Assembly: GCF_965197445.1 (NCBI RefSeq)
Contig: NZ_CBDANE010000004.1
Span: 263,208-327,207, forward strand
Source of the DNA: Candidatus Palauibacter sp.
GTDB taxonomy: Bacteria; Gemmatimonadota; Gemmatimonadetes; Palauibacterales; Palauibacteraceae
Direction of reading: 5' to 3'
DNA length: 64,000 bases
In this document: positions 19,807 to 29,613 of the stretch, piece by piece
Layout of the letters: every line of letters begins with the position of its first letter
Numbering within the stretch: position 1 is the first letter of the stretch
The notes under the pieces: generated by a model
Database searches by the model: none
Seen by the model: the letters and a program-made list of their open reading frames with translations, nothing else
What the model was told of the DNA's origin: nothing
Program-made: the position numbers and the translations under genes

Positions 19807-20226
19807 TTGATGCAAGACCTTTGCGGGCAGAGCATATCGCGGTCGGGAAAGGGCGGTGCAGAAGTGGACACACCAGGCGCTCTAGCGGGAATCAGGAAGC
19901 GCAATCCCAGGTATACGGAAGCCGCATACCTGTTCCTGCTTTCCGCGCTTCAGCGCCGGCTGTCCAGCCTGGAGTTGCCGCGCCATATCAGCGGCGCCGA
20001 AGTTGCCGAGGCCGTCAGGGAACTCGCGCTGGAACGCTTCGGTCCCCTGGCCCGGACGGTTCTGGAGCACTGGGGCGTGCACGACACAACGGATATCGGC
20101 GAGATCGTCTTCGCGCTGGTGGATGGCGGGGTGCTCATAAAGGAACCCGATGACTCGCGAGAGGATTTTGAGGGGCTCTTCACCTTTGACGAGGCCTTCG
20201 AAGACAGCTACCCGTGGAGTGCGTAG
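19807..20226 (+). CDS. hypothetical protein (139 aa, acidic C-terminus)
   Basis: Intact ORF ending in TAG. Many A/T-ending codons (caa, ctt, ata, gat, ttt, gaa), unlike its neighbours. The first ~20 codons may actually be promoter and the true start could be the GTG near 19861. I recognise no family. Confidence 0.5.
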   Translation: MMQDLCGQSISRSGKGGAEVDTPGALAGIRKRNPRYTEAAYLFLLSALQRRLSSLELPRHISGAEVAEAVRELALERFGPLARTVLEHWGVHDTTDIGEIVFALVDGGVLIKEPDDSREDFEGLFTFDEAFEDSYPWSA

Positions 20227-20283
20227 GGGAGGAACTCAGGGTCGACCACGCAGCCGTGGGGCGGCGGGGGACGGCAGGCGGCG

Positions 20284-20532
20284 GTGACCGGATCTGAGCC
20301 GGGAGACCGTCCAAACTCGGGGAGGGGTGATCGCGTGGCCGATACGGGGTCGTTTACGGTATGCTTGAGTTGCAGTAAAGGGGTGCTGCTTCCGCTCTCG
20401 GATTACGGGCGCGATGGGGCGCCGATCCGGTACAAGGCATGGGTCTGTTCGAAACCCGATTGCGGGTTCAACATCCGGATCGACAACGGTGAGATCAGCT
20501 TCGGGCGCAGCGTCCAGCAGTCCTACAAGTAA
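20284..20532 (+). CDS. small zinc-ribbon protein (CxxC...CxxxxC), hypothetical
   Basis: 82 aa with CLSCSK ... CSKPDCG cysteine pairs. TAA stop and mixed codon usage. Its 3' end overlaps only the non-coding upstream frame of nnr. Confidence 0.5.
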   Translation: MTGSEPGDRPNSGRGDRVADTGSFTVCLSCSKGVLLPLSDYGRDGAPIRYKAWVCSKPDCGFNIRIDNGEISFGRSVQQSYK

Positions 20533-20653
20533 CCCCCCCGGGCAGGCCGACGCCGCCCGCGGAGGGATCCCCGCCAATCCGGCATCTCTTCTCTCGCCAG
20601 CGGACTGGTGGCGCTTCGCGGCGTCCGAGGTCTGGCTGCCCACGGCGACCGAG

Positions 20654-22174
20654 ATGGCGGAGATCGATCGGGTCGCGGTGGAATCCGGAGCGATACCGGA
20701 ACGCGCCCTGATCGAGAACGCCGGACGGGCCCTGGCTCGTCACCTTCACGAAAAATATCCCTCCGGGCGGATCGTGGTGCTGGCGGGCAGCGGCCACAAC
20801 GGGGCTGACGCACTGGTGGCCGGCCGGACGCTCGCTGCCTGGGGGCGCTCCGTGGGGTTCGTCCAGTGCGGGAGCCGTCTCCCGGCTCCGAGGGTCCTCG
20901 CCGGCTGGGATCTGCCGATCGAATCGGCGGAGGCGCTGGAGCACGAACTCGCGGCCGCTACGGTCGCAATCGACGGCATCCTCGGAACCGGCCTCCAAAC
21001 GGTGCCTCGCGCTCCCCAGGCTCGAATCATCGAGTGCGCGAATGCCGCGCAGGCGGCGGTCGTTGCCGCCGATGGTCCGAGCGGCGTGGACTTCACGACG
21101 GGCGGCGTCCCCGGTGCGGCGATCCGCGCCGACCTGACGGTGACCTTCGGTTGGCCCAAGATCGGGTTGCTGCGATTCCCGGCGCGCGCGCAGGTGGGAG
21201 ATCTGGTCTGTGTCGAGATCGGTTTTCCGCCGCCCGATCCCGTGCCCGGAACCCGCGCGGTGACCGCCTCCTGGGCGGCGGAGTTGCTGGGCGGGCGCCC
21301 ACCCGCCGGACACAAGGGAGATGCCGGGTATCTCGCCATCGTGGGCGGCGAACCCGGCATGGCGGGAGCGGTGGTGCTGGCGGCCCGTGCGGCGGTCCGG
21401 TCGGGGATCGGGATCGTACGGGTGGTGAGCGCCCCCGAGAACCGGGACATCCTTCAGACCAGCGTCCCCGAGGCCGTGTTCGTCGACTGGACGGACGCGG
21501 AGGCGGTCGAGGCCACGCTGGGGTGGGCCGATGCTGTGGCCATCGGTCCGGGCCTGGGGACCGGCTCGGCCCGGGTCGCCCTCGTGGAGAGGGTGCTGGC
21601 GGCGGCCACGGTGCCGCTCGTGGTCGACGCGGACGGGCTGAATGCTCTTGCCGCTTCCGCGTCGGTTGCTCTTCGCGACCCGGCCGCATCAGGCCGTCCG
21701 ATCCTGTTGACCCCGCATCCCGGCGAAATGGCGAGGCTGCTGGGGTCGTCCGTCGCCGAGGTGCGTGAAGATCCCCCGGCGGCGGCGCGACGACTGGCAG
21801 ACGCCGCGAGCGTCACGGTGCTGCTGAAGGGTGCGCCGACCTGGGTAGCTCGGCCGGGGGGCGAGCTGCGCGCGACCACGCTCGTGAGTTCCGCGTTTGC
21901 CAGCGGCGGGATGGGTGACGTGCTGACGGGCGTATGCGGGGCATATCTGGGGGTCGGCCTGGCTCCCGCGGATGCGGCGACCGCGGCGCTGGCTGTGACC
22001 GCCCTCGCGGTACTCCGCGGGGTGGACGAGGTCGGAGGCTCTGCGGCTGACGTGCCGGAAGCGCTCGTGTCGGCACGGCGGGCTCTTGCGACGCTGCGTC
22101 CGGGGGCATGGCCGGGCGTGCCTCTCGCGCTCCCCGCCGTGCCGGGGCGCGGGCCCGCGGAGGGGCCGAACTGA
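20654..22174 (+). CDS. nnr: bifunctional NAD(P)H-hydrate repair enzyme Nnr (epimerase plus ADP-dependent dehydratase)
   Basis: N-terminal YjeF_N (MAEIDRVAVESG...ENAGRALA...VLAGSGHNGADALVAGR) and C-terminal YjeF_C carbohydrate-kinase fold (GHKGDAGYLAIVGG...GGMGDVLTG). There is no alternative start codon between 20533 and 20654. Confidence 0.85.
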   Translation: MAEIDRVAVESGAIPERALIENAGRALARHLHEKYPSGRIVVLAGSGHNGADALVAGRTLAAWGRSVGFVQCGSRLPAPRVLAGWDLPIESAEALEHELAAATVAIDGILGTGLQTVPRAPQARIIECANAAQAAVVAADGPSGVDFTTGGVPGAAIRADLTVTFGWPKIGLLRFPARAQVGDLVCVEIGFPPPDPVPGTRAVTASWAAELLGGRPPAGHKGDAGYLAIVGGEPGMAGAVVLAARAAVRSGIGIVRVVSAPENRDILQTSVPEAVFVDWTDAEAVEATLGWADAVAIGPGLGTGSARVALVERVLAAATVPLVVDADGLNALAASASVALRDPAASGRPILLTPHPGEMARLLGSSVAEVREDPPAAARRLADAASVTVLLKGAPTWVARPGGELRATTLVSSAFASGGMGDVLTGVCGAYLGVGLAPADAATAALAVTALAVLRGVDEVGGSAADVPEALVSARRALATLRPGAWPGVPLALPAVPGRGPAEGPN

Positions 22175-23184
22175 TGTCTCTCGCTGGCCTGGGGATGGCG
22201 GTAGGCCCCGAGACGGCGCGCATCCAGGCGTTTCTGGACGAAGCACGCCGGGGCCGGAGCCCGTCGGATTCGGGGGTCACGATCACGCTGCCGCCCGGCG
22301 ATGATGCCGCGGCTTTCCGCGTCCCGACGGGTGAACAGGTCGTTGTAAGCAGTGATGCCAGCGTGGAGGGCATTCACTTCCGCCGCGAATGGATGACCTG
22401 GGAGACGATCGGCTACCGGGCGGCGGCGGCGGCGCTCAGTGACCTGGCCGCCATGGCCGCGGCGCCGATCGGTCTCGTCGTCTCGGTGGCGCTCCCGCCT
22501 GAACTCGGCATCGAGATCGCGTCGGCGCTCGGTCGCGGCGTCGGGGAGATCGCCGCCCGGACGGGCGCCGAGGTGCTGGGAGGTGACCTTGTCGCATCGC
22601 CCGGGCCCGCGTTCCTCGACGTCACGGTCCTGGGCCTCGCCTCGGCCCCCACGACGCGCCGGGGGGCACGGCCCGGCGACGAACTGTGGGTGACCGGCGA
22701 ACTGGGCGGTGCCGCCGCCGCCCTGCGGGACCTCGAGCGGGGGCTGGAGCCGGACCGCACGGCCCGCTCGGCATTCGACCGCCCGTCGCCCCGGATCGAC
22801 GAGGCGAGGTGGCTTGTGGAACGGGTGGACATTCGGGCCGCCATCGACCTCTCCGACGGCCTCCTGCGCGATGCGCGACACGTTGCGGCGGCCTCGGAAG
22901 TTGCGCTGCGGATCGATGCTGACCGGGTCCCGGTCGCTACGGCTCTGGACGGATTCCGGCAGACTCCTGCCGCGGCGAAGCTGGCCCTCGCCGGCGGCGA
23001 GGACTATGAGCTGCTCCTCGTCGTGCCCCCCGGGGCCCTGCAGACGGCGACACCCGCCTTCGCGGCGGCCTTCGATCTCCCGCTGACACGTATCGGGCGC
23101 GTCACCCGAGGGAAGGGCGTCTCGGTCGATGGGCTCGAAGACCCCGGGCTCGCCGGTTTCGACCACTTCACGTGCGATCCTTGA
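22174..23184 (+). CDS. thiL: thiamine-monophosphate kinase
   Basis: PurM-like fold: GDDAAAF...VVSSDASVEGIHF...GGDLV...GGEDYELLLVVP. The ATG overlaps the nnr stop (TGATG). Confidence 0.85.
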   Translation: MSLAGLGMAVGPETARIQAFLDEARRGRSPSDSGVTITLPPGDDAAAFRVPTGEQVVVSSDASVEGIHFRREWMTWETIGYRAAAAALSDLAAMAAAPIGLVVSVALPPELGIEIASALGRGVGEIAARTGAEVLGGDLVASPGPAFLDVTVLGLASAPTTRRGARPGDELWVTGELGGAAAALRDLERGLEPDRTARSAFDRPSPRIDEARWLVERVDIRAAIDLSDGLLRDARHVAAASEVALRIDADRVPVATALDGFRQTPAAAKLALAGGEDYELLLVVPPGALQTATPAFAAAFDLPLTRIGRVTRGKGVSVDGLEDPGLAGFDHFTCDP

Positions 23185-23912
23185 TCCGAACCGTTCTGTT
23201 CCGCGCGGTCCTGGTATTGTCGACGGCGTTCTTCTCGATCCTCGCGGTGGTCTTTGTGGGGATGGGCGGCGGCGGCGCCGGTGTCAACTGGATCAACAGG
23301 AGCTGGGCGCGCTCGCTGCTGGCGGTCGCGGGCGTACGGGTCCGGGTGGAGGGGCTCGAGCACCTGCACCTCTCGGGGCCTCAGATCATCGTCGCCAATC
23401 ACCAATCGTACTTCGACATCTGGGCGCTCCTGGCCGCCCTCCCCGTATCGGTGCGCTTCATCGCCAAGCAGGAGCTGTCACGCATTCCGCTGCTGTCTCG
23501 GGGCATGCAGTCGGCGGGACACGTATTCATCGATCGTGACCGTCCGCGGAGAGCACGCGAGACGTTCCGGACGGCCGGTCGTCGCATGCACGCCGAGGGT
23601 CTGACTCTCGTGCTGTTTCCTGAGGGGACCCGCTCGCGTGACGGCAGGCCGGGGCGTTTCCTGAGGGGTTCCTTCGCGCTGGCCCTGGAGACGGACGCGC
23701 CCCTCGTGCCCGCGGCCGTCGATGGCGGCCACCGCGTGTACCGGCCCGGGGCCAGGCGCGTGCGTCCTGGCCGGATCTCCGTGCGATTGGCCGCGCCGAT
23801 CCCGCTCGATGGAGCGAATCCTCCGGACCGGCGGACCGTCATGCATGAGGTGCGCTCGGCGATCGAAGCCATGCTTGCCGAGAGAACGGAGGAACACCTG
23901 ACCCCGCAGTAG
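23172..23912 (+). CDS. plsC: 1-acyl-sn-glycerol-3-phosphate acyltransferase
   Basis: N-terminal TM helix, then the HxxxxD motif (VANHQSYFDIWAL) and FPEGTRS motif. It overlaps thiL by 13 nt. Confidence 0.88.
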   Translation: MRSLIRTVLFRAVLVLSTAFFSILAVVFVGMGGGGAGVNWINRSWARSLLAVAGVRVRVEGLEHLHLSGPQIIVANHQSYFDIWALLAALPVSVRFIAKQELSRIPLLSRGMQSAGHVFIDRDRPRRARETFRTAGRRMHAEGLTLVLFPEGTRSRDGRPGRFLRGSFALALETDAPLVPAAVDGGHRVYRPGARRVRPGRISVRLAAPIPLDGANPPDRRTVMHEVRSAIEAMLAERTEEHLTPQ

Positions 23913-23917
23913 CGTGA

Positions 23918-25348
<1,431 letters not shown>

Positions 25349-25350
25349 CG

Positions 25351-25677
25351 ATGGCCGAGGCGACGAACCGACGGCTAAGCCGCACCTTGACCTTCGTGGC
25401 CCTGGTCGGGGCCGGCTACTACTGGATGGTCGGTGGCGAATACACGAGAGCGGGCCTGCATCGTCTCGAGCAGGAGATCGCGTCCCGAAAGGCGGAGATC
25501 GCCGCTCGCGAAGCGGAGCTCGCCACCGTGCGCGCGTGGGCCGATAGCCTGATGGCCGACCGGTGGGCGATCGAACGCGTCGCCCGCGAACGATACGGAT
25601 TCGTCCGGCCCGGGGAAGTGCTCGTGCGGTTCGTCGATCAGACGGCCGATGACGAACCCACGTCCGGGACGCGTTGA
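25351..25677 (+). CDS. ftsB: septum formation initiator family protein (FtsB/DivIC-like)
   Basis: 108 aa with an N-terminal TM helix and coiled coil (LEQEIASRKAEIAAREAELATV). It sits directly downstream of eno, as in many bacteria. Confidence 0.75.
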   Translation: MAEATNRRLSRTLTFVALVGAGYYWMVGGEYTRAGLHRLEQEIASRKAEIAAREAELATVRAWADSLMADRWAIERVARERYGFVRPGEVLVRFVDQTADDEPTSGTR

Positions 25678-25742
25678 GTCGCGAAAGGGGATGTCGGGTT
25701 GACCCGGGGGCCACGACGTGTAGGATAGCGCACCCACAGCGC

Positions 25743-25816
25743 GGCAGGGTAGCTCAGCCTGGTAGAGCAAGGGACTCATAAGCCCTGGGTCGGGGGTTCA
25801 AATCCCCCCCCTGCCA
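25743..25816 (+). tRNA. tRNA with CAT anticodon (elongator Met or lysidine-modified Ile2; not initiator-like)
   Basis: GGCAGGG acceptor stem pairs with CCCTGCC. D-arm GCTCAGCCTGGTAGAGC. Anticodon loop CTCATAA. T-arm GGGGGTTCAAATCCCCC. Discriminator A. No encoded CCA. The 1:72 pair is G:C, so it is not an initiator. Confidence 0.9.
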
Positions 25817-25857
25817 CTCGATCACGATTCAGGCCTTGCACGGGCAACCGGGCGGGG

Positions 25858-25873
25858 CCGGAATCTCTTCCGG
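25858..25873 (+). terminator. hairpin CCGGAAtctcTTCCGG downstream of the tRNA (putative processing or termination structure)
   Basis: Perfect 6-bp inverted repeat with a 4-nt loop, 42 nt past the tRNA 3' end. There is no U-tract, which is common in high-GC genomes. Confidence 0.35.
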
Positions 25874-26376
25874 GCTTACGCCCGTACGTGTCGGCTAGCG
25901 TTTCGATGGGTCCTGTTACGCTTCGCCCTATCGCCAGACGGTAGCTTCCATGAAAAGACAGGGACGGGCACCAGACGGATCCCGCTGGCTGCAGGGACTG
26001 GGACGTGACCGGTTTGAAGCTGCGATCAATCGTGTGCGCGAAAGCGGTGACTGCGACTTCGACGTTCCGTCGGACAGTCATGGCTCGATACGCATCGTGG
26101 GACGAAAACAGGCAGGCCTGATCCGCCTGACGGCAGAGCCGGATGCCGGCGGTGAGCGCACGTCAGGCAGAGTGCCGATGCCGGGTGGACGGTGTCGTCT
26201 GATGGCCGGCACTGCGTCACGCTGATGTCGGGGGGTACCAGCCGGAGTGTCAGTCACTTCCCCCTTGGGCCGCTGAAGGATCAGGTTACGCTCTTCGAGC
26301 AGTGAGGGTCCGCCGGATCCATGAGGGAGCGCCGGGCTCGTTTACGGTGTTGGGCCGGGCGAAGTAAACTGTCCCC

Positions 26377-27939
26377 ATGACCGCCCGTGACGAATCCCGT
26401 CAGAGCAGGCCTCCCCATAGCGGGCCTGCCGAGTTCCCCGACCGTCCGCCCGAAGGGGCGCAGCCGGTTCGGGCTCTCGTGCGTTTTTCCGGAGAACTCT
26501 CCACCAAGGCGCGGCGTACGCGGTCTCGCTTCCAGAACCGGCTCGCACACAACCTGCGCGACGGGTTCGCGACGGAGCGCGTCCAGGCGACGCTTCGGCC
26601 CGAGTGGAGCCGCTTCTACATCGACGGAGTGGATCGCGGCTTCCTCGGGCCGCTCACGCGGACGTTCGGCGTGTCCAGTTGCTCCATCCTGGCCGGCGAG
26701 TGTGAAGCGGAGCTGGACGTCATCGTCAAGGTCGGGACGGAGTTGTTCGCCGAGGCGGTGCGGGGCCGGAGCTATGCCGTGCGCGCGCGGCGCTCGGGCT
26801 CGCACGGATTCTCATCTTCGGACATCCATGTGCGTCTGGGGGCGGCCCTGAACCCCGGGGCCACCGTCGATCTCGGTGACCCGGACGTCACGGTATTTGT
26901 CGAGGTCCGCGACGGTCGCGCTTTCTTCTACGAAGACAGGGTCCGGGGACCTTCCGGCCTTCCGCTCGGGGTGCAGGGGCAGGCGCTCGCGCTCATCTCC
27001 GGTGGCTTCGATTCGCCGGTCGCGGCCTGGATGGCGCTGAGGCGGGGCATCCATCTGGACTACGTCTTCTGCAACCTCGGGGGACGCGCGTACGAGCGGA
27101 TGGTGGTCGAGGTGACGAAGATCGTCGCGGACCGCTGGAGCTACGGGACGCGGCCTCGCCTGCATGTGCTCGAATTCGGTCCGGTGGTCGAGGCGATGCG
27201 GAGCCGTGCGAAGCCCGCCTACCTGCAGGTTGTGCTCAAGCGCATGATGTATCGCGCGGCGGCGGAGATCGGGACCCGCATCGGGGCCGAGGCGTTGGTC
27301 ACGGGCGAGTCGGTCGGGCAGGTGTCGTCCCAGACGCTGCGCAACCTGCGGGCCATCGAGAACGCCTCCTCTCTGCCCGTCCTCCGGCCGCTGCTCGGGT
27401 TCCACAAGGAAGAGATCCTCGAGCGGGCACGGGAGATCGGCACATACGAACTGTCCTCCCGCGTCCGGGAATACTGCGACATCGTGCCTCAGCGGCCGGT
27501 CACCGCGTCGTCCCCGGCAGCCGCGGAGGCGCAGGAGGCGGCGGTGGGTCTGGAGGAACTGGCCGCCGCGATCTCCGGCGCGACGGTGCACGATGTGCGC
27601 GGACTCCGCCCGGAGTCGATGGCCGGGGCGTCCCTCTACGTGACCGACGTCCCCCAGGGTGCGGCGATCATCGACACCCGTCCACGGGAAGCGTTCGAGT
27701 CCTGGCACTGGCCGGGCGCGACGCGTCAGGACCTGCTCGCGCTCGAACGTGACTTCGGCGGCCTGGACCGCGAAACGACCTATATTCTGTGCTGCGCGGA
27801 AGGCGTGCGGACGGCCTATCTCGCCGAGGTCATGCAGCGGGCCGGTTACGAGGCGTACTCCTTTCTCGGCGGGGCCCCCCGCATGCGCCGCGCCATGCCC
27901 GGGTCACCGCACGGATTGTCTGATCGCGATGCGTTTTGA
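26377..27939 (+). CDS. thiI: tRNA 4-thiouridine(8) synthase ThiI with a C-terminal rhodanese domain
   Basis: THUMP region, PP-loop SGGFDSPVAAW, and C-terminal rhodanese (IIDTRPREAFESWH...ILCCAEGVRTA, with an active Cys). Confidence 0.88.
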   Translation: MTARDESRQSRPPHSGPAEFPDRPPEGAQPVRALVRFSGELSTKARRTRSRFQNRLAHNLRDGFATERVQATLRPEWSRFYIDGVDRGFLGPLTRTFGVSSCSILAGECEAELDVIVKVGTELFAEAVRGRSYAVRARRSGSHGFSSSDIHVRLGAALNPGATVDLGDPDVTVFVEVRDGRAFFYEDRVRGPSGLPLGVQGQALALISGGFDSPVAAWMALRRGIHLDYVFCNLGGRAYERMVVEVTKIVADRWSYGTRPRLHVLEFGPVVEAMRSRAKPAYLQVVLKRMMYRAAAEIGTRIGAEALVTGESVGQVSSQTLRNLRAIENASSLPVLRPLLGFHKEEILERAREIGTYELSSRVREYCDIVPQRPVTASSPAAAEAQEAAVGLEELAAAISGATVHDVRGLRPESMAGASLYVTDVPQGAAIIDTRPREAFESWHWPGATRQDLLALERDFGGLDRETTYILCCAEGVRTAYLAEVMQRAGYEAYSFLGGAPRMRRAMPGSPHGLSDRDAF

Positions 27940-27972
27940 CACCCCGGCCCACGGGGGGCGAGCTTGGGCCTC

Positions 27973-28728
27973 ATGAGCGGGCTGAGAGACGGCACGACGT
28001 CCTCGCTGGAGGCCGTGCGAGAGGGCGAGGTGCCGACCCATGTCGCCATCATCATGGACGGCAACGGCCGCTGGGCGAGACGGCGCGGGCTCCCGCGGTG
28101 GGAGGGCCACCGAGCGGGCATGACGGCGGTGCGGGAGGCGATCGAGGGGGCCGCGAAAGCAGGCGTGTCCCACCTCACCCTGTACGCGTTCTCCGACGAG
28201 AACTGGTCCCGGCCACCGTCGGAAGTGGACGCGCTCATGGCGCTGCTCGAGGAGTACGTGCGGAGTCAGCGGGAGGCGCTGACGAGGCACAGCATCCGGG
28301 TCACCGTGTTCGGCGATCGAATGCGGCTTCCGCAGGCGGCGCGGGACGCGATCGGGGAGCTCGAGTTGTCCACCGCGGGCGGGACCGCTCTGCATGTGCA
28401 CCTTGCGATCAGCTACGGCTCGCGGGCCGAGATCGTGGGTGTGGCCCGCGCGCTCGCCCGGAGGTGCACCCGGGGAGAACTGTCCCCTGAAGCGATCGAT
28501 GCCGAGTGCTTCGCGGGGGAACTCCTCACCCGGGAGTGGCCGGACCCCGACCTGTTGATCCGTACCTCGGGAGAGCAACGGATCTCCAACTTCCTTCTAT
28601 GGCAGCTCGCGTATGCGGAGATCTTCGTGACGGACGTGCTGTGGCCGGACTTTACCCAGGAGCACCTGTTCGGGGCCGTGGTCGACTATCGGGGCCGTGA
28701 GAGACGATTCGGACTGGTGAAGACGTGA
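27973..28728 (+). CDS. uppS: isoprenyl transferase (undecaprenyl-diphosphate synthase)
   Basis: HVAIIMDGNGRWA...LTLYAFSDENWSRP...RTSGEQRISNFLLWQLAYAE. An alternative TTG start is at 27964. Confidence 0.92.
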   Translation: MSGLRDGTTSSLEAVREGEVPTHVAIIMDGNGRWARRRGLPRWEGHRAGMTAVREAIEGAAKAGVSHLTLYAFSDENWSRPPSEVDALMALLEEYVRSQREALTRHSIRVTVFGDRMRLPQAARDAIGELELSTAGGTALHVHLAISYGSRAEIVGVARALARRCTRGELSPEAIDAECFAGELLTREWPDPDLLIRTSGEQRISNFLLWQLAYAEIFVTDVLWPDFTQEHLFGAVVDYRGRERRFGLVKT

Positions 28729-29600
28729 CCGGACACGGTCGCGCCGTGAACACAAACCTGGGCAAGCGGCTGATCGTTGCCGGCGTGGGTGTTCCGCTCT
28801 GCGTGCTGGTCACCTACGCCGGTGGGTACGTGTTCGTGGCCGGCCTCGGTGCCGTCGCCGCGATCGGGTATCGGGAACTGGCGACGATGATCCGCGCGTC
28901 CGGACCCCCCGTGTTCGTCGCCTCCGGCGCGGTCGCGGCGTTCCTGTTCCCTGCGGTCGTGTTCATGGGTCGGCTCGAAGGGGCCGCGATCTACGCGGCC
29001 GTCCTGTTGCTGACGTTTTCGGCCCTCGCGATCGCGACCGTCGATCTGGCCGACAAGCCGATCAGGAGTGCGGCCTGCACGACGTTCGGCGTGATGTACA
29101 TCGGAGGTCTCCTCGGATTCGCCATCCCCCTCCGCGAAGGCTGGATTCCGCTCGCGCCCATGGACGGGATCACCGCCGGCCGGATACCCGGAACTCTGCT
29201 CTTTTTCCTTCCCGTGACCATCACCTGGCTCGCCGACACGGCCGCGTATGTCGGCGGCCGGGCCCTGGGCAAGCGACCGCTCGCGCCTCGCGTGAGCCCC
29301 AACAAGACGATCGCCGGGGCCGTGTGTGCCCTGCTTGCGGGCCTCGTCGTCGCGATCCTCTATCCGCGACTCCTGCTTCCGGACGTGTGGACGCTGGATC
29401 TGGTCCGCACGCTCGGGTTCGGACTCGCGGTCGCAGGCCTCGCGATCGTTGGAGACCTGGTGGAATCGGCTCTCAAGCGCGAATGTGGCGCGAAGGACTC
29501 GTCCAGCCTGCTGCCGGGGCACGGCGGGCTGCTGGACCGGCTCGATTCCGTGCTGTGGGCGCTGCCGGCGGCGTTCCTCTTCCTCGCCCTCGCCGGATGA
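28725..29600 (+). CDS. cdsA: phosphatidate cytidylyltransferase
   Basis: Multi-TM protein with the C-terminal signature KRECGAKDSSSLLPGHGGLLDRLDS. The GTG overlaps the uppS stop. Confidence 0.9.
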   Translation: MTGHGRAVNTNLGKRLIVAGVGVPLCVLVTYAGGYVFVAGLGAVAAIGYRELATMIRASGPPVFVASGAVAAFLFPAVVFMGRLEGAAIYAAVLLLTFSALAIATVDLADKPIRSAACTTFGVMYIGGLLGFAIPLREGWIPLAPMDGITAGRIPGTLLFFLPVTITWLADTAAYVGGRALGKRPLAPRVSPNKTIAGAVCALLAGLVVAILYPRLLLPDVWTLDLVRTLGFGLAVAGLAIVGDLVESALKRECGAKDSSSLLPGHGGLLDRLDSVLWALPAAFLFLALAG

Positions 29601-29613
29601 GGGGAGGGACAGG

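Noticed and set aside
25950-26225. 91-aa ORF in the tRNA-adjacent spacer as a real protein-coding gene
   Set aside because: Its codon usage (aaa, aga, gga, cca, ttt, gaa, aat, ata, agt) is the opposite of the strong GC3 bias of every confident gene here. It has no recognisable motif. I kept it only as part of the non-coding or remnant-region finding.
25817-26376. RNase P RNA, tmRNA or SRP RNA in the spacer after the tRNA
   Set aside because: I looked on both strands for the RNase P P4 strands (GGAAAGUCCGGGC / ACAGAACCCGGCUUA), the tmRNA tRNA-like 3' end and the SRP domain IV consensus. I found only a weak CCGGGCTTAC resemblance and no other conserved blocks.
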